DNA of 64,000 bases from a virus (taxonomy: Duplodnaviria > Heunggongvirae > Uroviricota > Caudoviricetes). The stretch lies in the IMG/VR virus record IMGVR_UViG_3300032335_000499; one strand, 5' to 3'. The translations under genes were made by a program, and so were the position numbers. Positions 57,833 through 64,000 of this stretch are shown in pieces (positions within the stretch are counted from its first letter, which is position 1; every line of letters starts with the position of its first letter). The notes beneath the pieces were generated by a model that saw only the letters and a list, made by a program, of their open reading frames with translations, had not been told where the DNA came from and ran no database searches.

Positions 57833-58750
57833 ATGAAGATTAACGATATCTATGAAAGCACAACAGCAGGGTCCATTGCTACTGTTGCAGCACCTATGTC
57901 AACACAAAAGCGCAGTGGTGTAGGCAAGGGTGTATATGGAAATGAACCAAAGGACAGCATGTTCAAGGGTCAGAAGACTAAAAAGCCATATGCTAACTCA
58001 AAAGTAAACGAAAGCAAGATGAAAGAACTTGCAATGGATATGCGCAACATGGATAACGGTAACTTCCAAAAGAAGTATAAGAGATCCAAAGAACAACTGA
58101 AGTTTGTATTAGGTGATCCAGACAAGAAGACTGTTCAAGACCCAGTTAAAGAAGGTTACTATTCGGTACGAAGCAATAATCTAAAGCAAGAACTAGAAAA
58201 CAATGGCTGGGAACGAATTCCAGCTCGGGAAGTTCCTGACAATGCCAAATACGGGTACCGAAAGAACGGTGTAGGTAGATTCTATAAAGTAATAGATGAA
58301 CCTTATCATTCGTTTGATGTAAGTTTTGTAAAACCTAGACGAGTAATTGACAAGTTGGTTCCATTAGATACATTGCTTGAATTAATTAGGGGAAGTTCCG
58401 TTACTGATGACAAGAAAACTGTTCAAGAGGCACACTTAGAAGAAGATGATGTAATCATTGTTCCGGGTCAAGGTCGTAGTCGTAAGAATGGATTAATCAA
58501 GCACGGTGAGAGTCGTTTAGACCACGAAGTTGAAATGGCTCGTAGTGACCTATTCAGTGCTGCTAAGAATGCCAAGCAAGTATACGAACTAATTGCTGAT
58601 GTTTCAGAGGAAGAAGGTCTTGAAGGCTGGGTACAAGAAAAGATTATTAAAGCTAATGACTATCTAAACACTATTCGTGAGTATCTAGAAGGTAAGCAAC
58701 TACAGAATGAAATGACCGGCGGCGTCATTGCTGGTGGTGGTGTAGGTTAA
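57833..58750 (+). CDS. modular putative internal head protein
   Basis: MKINDIYE start; VNE/VKE/VQE/LEE linkers; DHEVEMARSDL...LEGWVQEKI module. Confidence 0.6.
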   Translation: MKINDIYESTTAGSIATVAAPMSTQKRSGVGKGVYGNEPKDSMFKGQKTKKPYANSKVNESKMKELAMDMRNMDNGNFQKKYKRSKEQLKFVLGDPDKKTVQDPVKEGYYSVRSNNLKQELENNGWERIPAREVPDNAKYGYRKNGVGRFYKVIDEPYHSFDVSFVKPRRVIDKLVPLDTLLELIRGSSVTDDKKTVQEAHLEEDDVIIVPGQGRSRKNGLIKHGESRLDHEVEMARSDLFSAAKNAKQVYELIADVSEEEGLEGWVQEKIIKANDYLNTIREYLEGKQLQNEMTGGVIAGGGVG

Positions 58751-59178
58751 TGCGTGACATTATCAACCTTTTAGAAGCAGTTGAAAAGGGTTGCCCCCGT
58801 GCCACGCACGATATTAACTTGAATCTTAAGAATAGACAGACTGCAATTGATGAATATCTGTATGGCCCAGCTAATCCAAACAAGCCAGGTTCATACTGGA
58901 AAGACTTAAGCAAAGTATTCAAAGTTGATGAACCTACAGCTAAGTCAATGATGTGCGGAAACTGTGCTGCATTTGATGTAAGCGATAGTATGCGTGATTG
59001 TATTGCTAGTGGTATTAAAGGTGATGAAGATAATATTGATCCTAATGCTACTATTAATTTAAGTGATTTGGGTTATTGTAACTTTCTACATTTCAAATGT
59101 GCAGGAAGTCGTAGTTGTAAAGCTTGGGTAACAGGCGGACCAATCACTGAAAAAGATAAAAATAAGAAGGCTGACTAA
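58750..59178 (+). CDS. Cys-rich putative metal/Fe-S-binding protein
   Basis: CGNCAAF...GYC...FKC...SCKAW; MRDIINLLE start. Confidence 0.55.
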   Translation: MRDIINLLEAVEKGCPRATHDINLNLKNRQTAIDEYLYGPANPNKPGSYWKDLSKVFKVDEPTAKSMMCGNCAAFDVSDSMRDCIASGIKGDEDNIDPNATINLSDLGYCNFLHFKCAGSRSCKAWVTGGPITEKDKNKKAD

Positions 59179-62100
59179 ATGAGTTCTATATTTGATGGCA
59201 TCGGCAATGACGGCGTGGAACAATTAGATGAGAATCTACGCAAGTGGTTCAAAGAGAAGTGGGTTCGTTTCGGTCCTGATGGCAAGATTCGTGGAGCTTG
59301 TGCAAGAGGCGATGACAGTGAAGGTAAGCCTAAATGTCTTCCGCAAAGTAAAGCACATAGTATAGGTAAGAAGGGTCGTAAGTATGCTGCTAGTAAGAAG
59401 CGCAGAGAAGATCCAAACCCAGAACGCAGTGGAAAGGCAAAGAACGTGGCAACTAAAAAGAAAACTAACGAGGGATGGAAAATGGGGGCTGTGGGCGCCG
59501 CAACCGGCGCAAATTTAGGTGCTACTGTAGGAACTGCTATGGCTCCAGGTATGGGCACTGCCTTAGGTGCATTAATAGGTGCAGCAGCCGGTGCTTACAA
59601 CTTGTCTAAAATTGATAATTGGGAAGATTTTAAAATTTGGTTTAAGAGTTTAGGACAAGTCAGAAACAGATCAGAAAAAGAACAAAAAATAATTGATAAG
59701 GCAAAAACAGAATTAGAAATATATACAGAAAACCTCGGGACCTTAAAACAAGCGGTTGGTGAACATATCAACCATACTATTCCGGAAATAATAAAACTTA
59801 TTAAATATAATCAATTTGTTGAAGCTGGGGCAGAGTTTCAAGGAATTCGAGGAACTTTGTTTGCATTAAGAAGTTGGGATATCATAGACCAAAGAGCAGA
59901 GACAATAAAAAATAAAATAAAAAATAAATTTGGAATTATTGGTAGTACGGCGACTGTACTAGATAAAGAATACCTAATTGACTTGTTAACTGAATTGCAG
60001 GCAACGTTATCTACCCTAAACTTTGGCAACGCCTTCCCTAATCAGGTTAAAGACGCAATAATTAACAAAAAGGATAATACCCCGGTAATTACAAAATCCC
60101 CTAATCAAAGCGTAAACCCCGAGTTACAAAAACGTTTGGCAGCCCGCAAGGCAGGAAAACCAACATACAGTGGCGGACTAGAAGAAGGTAAGAAATCTAA
60201 CGAGGGCGTACCATTTAATGAATGTCCGAAATGCCGCGGTCCTATTGTTCACGAATCAATGATGAATGAAAAGCAGGATGCTTGCTATCACAAAGTCAAG
60301 AGCCGCTATAAGGTTTGGCCTTCTGCTTATGCGTCAGGTGCTTTAGTACAGTGCCGTAAGAAGGGTGCAAGCAACTGGGGTAACAGTAAGAAAAATGAAA
60401 ACAATGTTATGAAGGGCATTGTCGATGAAGGCAAAAACTTCGTACCAAACAACATTCTCACTGAAGGTAAAGTTTTACTAGAAGGTAGAGTAGTTCGTAA
60501 GCTGTGGGAAAGTGCTGGTCAAAAGATTATAGAAGCACAACTTACTCCACAGCAGATTCAACAAATCTTTCAAGCAGCAGAACAAGGACAAACAACAGCA
60601 GGCGGCAACCGCACGTTTGCTGGTAAAGGTGTAGACGCTGCTAGTGCAGTCAATAGAGCATGGGAAGATTTAAAGACTAAGATTCAAAATACTGGTCCAA
60701 TTCAGAACATGGATGCGATGTACGATAAAGCTGCCGAAACTATGAAGAAATCCACAGGCGGCGATAAGGGTGCAATGCAATATGTTGAAAAATATCGTAA
60801 CTTTGCCAAGAAACATCCAATTGCACAAAGCTTCTTGTATGCTGCACTTATTGCGGCGGCGGGACTTAGTGGCGCTGGCTTAGGTGGTGCGGCAGCATTA
60901 GGTCTATTAAAGATGACTGACCGCTTGTTACAAGGTGACAAGTTTAGTAGTGCATTGTATAAGGGCGGCGTAACAGGCGCACTAGCATATGGTGCAGCTA
61001 AAATCGGTGATCTACTACGTCAACCCGCAGCTCCTGGACAGCCGGTCGAAGTTAAACTTCCCGACGGAAAAGACATTGTAGTTAAGCCCGGGGACACGTT
61101 GAGTGAAATTGCACAAAAGAATAATGTCAGTGTGCAAGACCTTCTTAAAGCAAATAAAGATATTTTAAATCCTGACGCAATTTCAGCAGGACAGAATATA
61201 AATGTACCAAACGCTACAGGAAATCCTACCTATCAAGGTGGAGTGGGTACAGCGTCCGATACTCTTGCTAAAATGCAAAGTGGACAGTATGCACAAAGTC
61301 CAATCTCGTATCGTCAAGCAGCTAAGGCTGGATTACAAGGCGTCGGAGATCAGGTTACTAGTGTTCCTGGCGCTAAGTCAGTAGCTAGAGCCGCAGCCGA
61401 TCAAGCAGTAAATGCACCTAGTGCAGCCCCAGATGCTCCCGCTAGCGCAGTAGATCAGGCACCTGATGTTAATCAAGCAGCAGACACCGCAGCTTCAACC
61501 GCAACGGACAACATTGCACGAAATGATATTCTTAACAGTGTTCATAAAGACATTCGTGGTAACGTAGTAGATATGGATTTCGAAACTGGCAGCTGGGCTA
61601 GATTAGCTAATGGTAGAATCGTTGATCCTGATTTCCCAATGGATGCTGGTGCTAACAATGATGCAATGGCAGCATATAAATTGATGAATAAAGCCAATGA
61701 AGGTATACAATTAAGTAAATATCAAGTTTTCAATATTTTGGAAGCTGCTATTGTGTATCAGACTGTAATTAATGAAGGCTTACTAGATAAGTTTAAAGGT
61801 GCAGCAAGTAAAGTTGGGCAGTATGCTGCAACTAAAGGTAAAAACATTACAACTAAAATCACTGCTGACAAACTAATGCAAGCATGGAAGAAAGCAGGAA
61901 GTCCAACAGATTCAGAGCAGGTGAAGGCTGTGCTTAAAGCTGCCGGTGTTGGTAACCAAGTTATTGCTGCTGTAATGCCTGTACGAGCATCAATTGCCGG
62001 CGTGAGTCCAAACGCAACTACCGGTACTATACAATCAACTATGAAGGCAACGACTCAACCTACAGTTGCAGCTAAGCCTCAGGCACCTGCTCAGGCAGCA

Positions 62101-63243
62101 CAGCCTACTAGTGCGATTGGACAGGGCATTGCGCAATCTCCACAATCCAATGTGAATCCAGAACTTTATAAACGTCTTGCTGCTCGTAAAGCGGGCAAGC
62201 CAATATATTCAGGCGGACTAGAAGAAGCTAAAGCAAAGCAATACGTAAAGCCATACAATGACCCTCAGACAGGCGAACAGCTTGGTTGGGTTTCATCAGA
62301 TGGCTATCATAAGAAGTATTGGCAGAAGTTTGCTAAGGCAAAAGCATATCAACACGCTAAACTCAATCCTGATGAAGTTCAAGAAAACTACACTGGAGAG
62401 TTCGCAGCAGAAAAGACTCCTGCAATCAATCCATACGGTGGGCTAAAGGATAATCAATTCAGAGGTGCTATTAGCGAAACTCCGACTGACAATCCTACAG
62501 GTGCTAGCGGTGAAGGTGGCTTGAGAAAGTATAGACCAAAGCCATCCGGGACATTCAAAGAAGACCTATCACAAGCAGATGTTGACGGTATTGCACGATT
62601 TGCAGATAAACTATATAAGAAATTAGGCATAGATATTACTTTTACTAAGCACTTTATGGATCGTGTAAATGATGAGCGTAACGGTAAACCCATTAGCGGA
62701 GCTGAATTAGTACGCTTGTTTAAGAAAGAGTATGAGCGTTGGGGAAAAGATGTTGCACAAATGGGTCCTGATATGGAAGGCACATTTAAAGATTTGACAA
62801 CTGATATTAACTTACCATTCGTATTACGCTGGGATAGAGACGAAGAAGAATTAGACTTAGTAGCTAAAACTGTAATGCGTAAAAAGAATTTCAAAACAGA
62901 TAATCAAGAATTCCCAGTTGACGAAGACACTGCATACGCAGGTGGTATGGGTCAAGGTGGAAACGCTGGACAATCATATCGTAAGTTCAAGCCAAAGAGT
63001 GCTGGCACATTTAAAGAAGATGAGCTTGATGAAGCTTGCTGGAAGGGTTATCACAAAGAAGGCAACAAGAAAATGTTTGGTAAGACATATCCAAACTGTG
63101 TCAAGAATACTAATGAAGAACAGCTTGACGAAAAGTGCTGGGACACTCATAAGCAAGTTGGTATGAAGAATAAAGGTGGAAGACAAGTCCCTAATTGTGT
63201 ACCAAAAGAAAGTTCTATCATGAAGGGCTTAAAGAGTTTATAA
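59179..63243 (+). CDS. 1354 aa multi-module polyprotein (glycine zipper, LysM, Cys-pair peptides, BECR-like module)
   Basis: Unrelated modules separated by xxE linkers; LysM VVKPGDTLSEIA...NPDAISAGQNINVP at 61075-61209. Confidence 0.75.
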   Translation: MSSIFDGIGNDGVEQLDENLRKWFKEKWVRFGPDGKIRGACARGDDSEGKPKCLPQSKAHSIGKKGRKYAASKKRREDPNPERSGKAKNVATKKKTNEGWKMGAVGAATGANLGATVGTAMAPGMGTALGALIGAAAGAYNLSKIDNWEDFKIWFKSLGQVRNRSEKEQKIIDKAKTELEIYTENLGTLKQAVGEHINHTIPEIIKLIKYNQFVEAGAEFQGIRGTLFALRSWDIIDQRAETIKNKIKNKFGIIGSTATVLDKEYLIDLLTELQATLSTLNFGNAFPNQVKDAIINKKDNTPVITKSPNQSVNPELQKRLAARKAGKPTYSGGLEEGKKSNEGVPFNECPKCRGPIVHESMMNEKQDACYHKVKSRYKVWPSAYASGALVQCRKKGASNWGNSKKNENNVMKGIVDEGKNFVPNNILTEGKVLLEGRVVRKLWESAGQKIIEAQLTPQQIQQIFQAAEQGQTTAGGNRTFAGKGVDAASAVNRAWEDLKTKIQNTGPIQNMDAMYDKAAETMKKSTGGDKGAMQYVEKYRNFAKKHPIAQSFLYAALIAAAGLSGAGLGGAAALGLLKMTDRLLQGDKFSSALYKGGVTGALAYGAAKIGDLLRQPAAPGQPVEVKLPDGKDIVVKPGDTLSEIAQKNNVSVQDLLKANKDILNPDAISAGQNINVPNATGNPTYQGGVGTASDTLAKMQSGQYAQSPISYRQAAKAGLQGVGDQVTSVPGAKSVARAAADQAVNAPSAAPDAPASAVDQAPDVNQAADTAASTATDNIARNDILNSVHKDIRGNVVDMDFETGSWARLANGRIVDPDFPMDAGANNDAMAAYKLMNKANEGIQLSKYQVFNILEAAIVYQTVINEGLLDKFKGAASKVGQYAATKGKNITTKITADKLMQAWKKAGSPTDSEQVKAVLKAAGVGNQVIAAVMPVRASIAGVSPNATTGTIQSTMKATTQPTVAAKPQAPAQAAQPTSAIGQGIAQSPQSNVNPELYKRLAARKAGKPIYSGGLEEAKAKQYVKPYNDPQTGEQLGWVSSDGYHKKYWQKFAKAKAYQHAKLNPDEVQENYTGEFAAEKTPAINPYGGLKDNQFRGAISETPTDNPTGASGEGGLRKYRPKPSGTFKEDLSQADVDGIARFADKLYKKLGIDITFTKHFMDRVNDERNGKPISGAELVRLFKKEYERWGKDVAQMGPDMEGTFKDLTTDINLPFVLRWDRDEEELDLVAKTVMRKKNFKTDNQEFPVDEDTAYAGGMGQGGNAGQSYRKFKPKSAGTFKEDELDEACWKGYHKEGNKKMFGKTYPNCVKNTNEEQLDEKCWDTHKQVGMKNKGGRQVPNCVPKESSIMKGLKSL
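60112..60186 (+). repeat. 25-codon linker repeat, copy 1 (copy 2 at 62152-62226)
   Basis: VNPELQKRLAARKAGKPTYSGGLEE vs VNPELYKRLAARKAGKPIYSGGLEE. Confidence 0.9.
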
Positions 63244-63247
63244 TCTG

Positions 63248-64000
63248 ATGACTTCAGACTTAGCAAAACTAATGGAAACTATCAGTATGCTACAGTCGGA
63301 ACCAACCCCTGAACCCATCATAGAAAGTATTGAATCGACCGTGCATCCACTATTACAAGCAATGCAAGAACTTAAAGAAGACGGTGTAGTTGAATCTGTC
63401 GATGCACACACTATCTACAGCAATGTGCAAAGCGGACACCGAGAACCAGATGACTTTATTGAAGGTGATATTGGTGACAGAATTTATTGGTTTGATGATT
63501 ATAAATTGTCTTCACTTCCTATATCTAATCTTAATCTAGATGAACATTATGTAGATGAAGACCTAGTAGATGACTACATTGAGCATATTAAATATTCACC
63601 AAAAACTATGCCTCCGATTGTTTATGATCCTATTGCAAAATCAATAATTGATGGAATACATCGTGCTAATGCTTATGCTAAGTTAGGATACGAAACTATT
63701 CCTGCTTATGTTGGCTTAACAAAATCTGATAGTTATGGCGAGCGTGAATCAGATAATATTGAAGAAGAAATCGCTTATCACGGTACAACAGATGATATAG
63801 CTGAGTTCTATCCACTCACTCACTTTGGCACTGAGAAAGCTGCTAAAGATAGAATGACCTATAAGAAAATCAAAGATGGTAAAATCTATAAAGTAGATTT
63901 AGACATTAAGAATCCATTAACTATTAAAGACTTTCCTGGCATTCACTATGACAGATTATATGCCTTTGAATTAAGAGATAAGAAACTAATTAGTCAAAAA
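63248..64000 (+). CDS. multi-module protein: ParB/Srx-like plus ADP-ribosyltransferase-like domain (3' truncated, not in ORF track)
   Basis: Manual translation: MTSDLAKLME...MPPIVYD...IIDGIHRANA...IEE-EIAYHGT...THFGTEKAA...GKIYKVDLDIKNPL; open to the window end. Confidence 0.75.
   Translation, partial: MTSDLAKLMETISMLQSEPTPEPIIESIESTVHPLLQAMQELKEDGVVESVDAHTIYSNVQSGHREPDDFIEGDIGDRIYWFDDYKLSSLPISNLNLDEHYVDEDLVDDYIEHIKYSPKTMPPIVYDPIAKSIIDGIHRANAYAKLGYETIPAYVGLTKSDSYGERESDNIEEEIAYHGTTDDIAEFYPLTHFGTEKAAKDRMTYKKIKDGKIYKVDLDIKNPLTIKDFPGIHYDRLYAFELRDKKLISQK

Noticed and set aside
1-64000. Alternative genetic code or tRNA genes
   Set aside because: Core genes are intact in the standard code with dense packing; no cloverleaf or T-loop pattern seen in the short intergenic gaps

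Overview
A 64 kb segment of a large, AT-rich T4-like (Tevenvirinae/Kyanoviridae-type) myophage genome. It uses the standard genetic code and lies mostly on the + strand, with an inverted block at 14273-18461. Recognisable core genes: primase C-terminus, gp41 helicase, gp13/gp14 neck, gp15, dNMP kinase, tail sheath and tube, gp4-like nuclease, clamp loader, GroES-like co-chaperonin, PhoH, DnaJ, ClpA, MazG-like pyrophosphatase, GH19 lysin, 3-TM holin, two long repeat-rich fibre proteins and two free-standing endonucleases. About 20 late promoters ([A/C]TAAATA) and 8 sigma70-type promoters are visible. The most striking unexplained signal is a set of late genes whose N-termini resemble the T4 capsid-targeting sequence. 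Their products are strings of unrelated modules joined by [hydrophobic]-x-E linkers, the T4 prohead protease motif. Modules include a pol-beta nucleotidyltransferase, a ligase-like enzyme, a HIGH nucleotidyltransferase, a free sigma70 region 4, LysM, ParB-like, ART-like and BECR-like domains, and several are bounded by short direct repeats. I interpret this as a candidate head-packaged, protease-processed polyprotein cargo system that gains modules at the cleavage linkers (inference; the protease gene is not in this window). Other highlights: an acyl carrier protein with a natural Ser-to-Ala change at codon 36 next to MazG, leaderless mRNAs from both promoter classes, promoter-embedded RBS-occluding hairpins, structured 5' leaders and a DnaE fragment that stops before the catalytic aspartates. 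All calls are by-eye motif recognition; no database searches were run.
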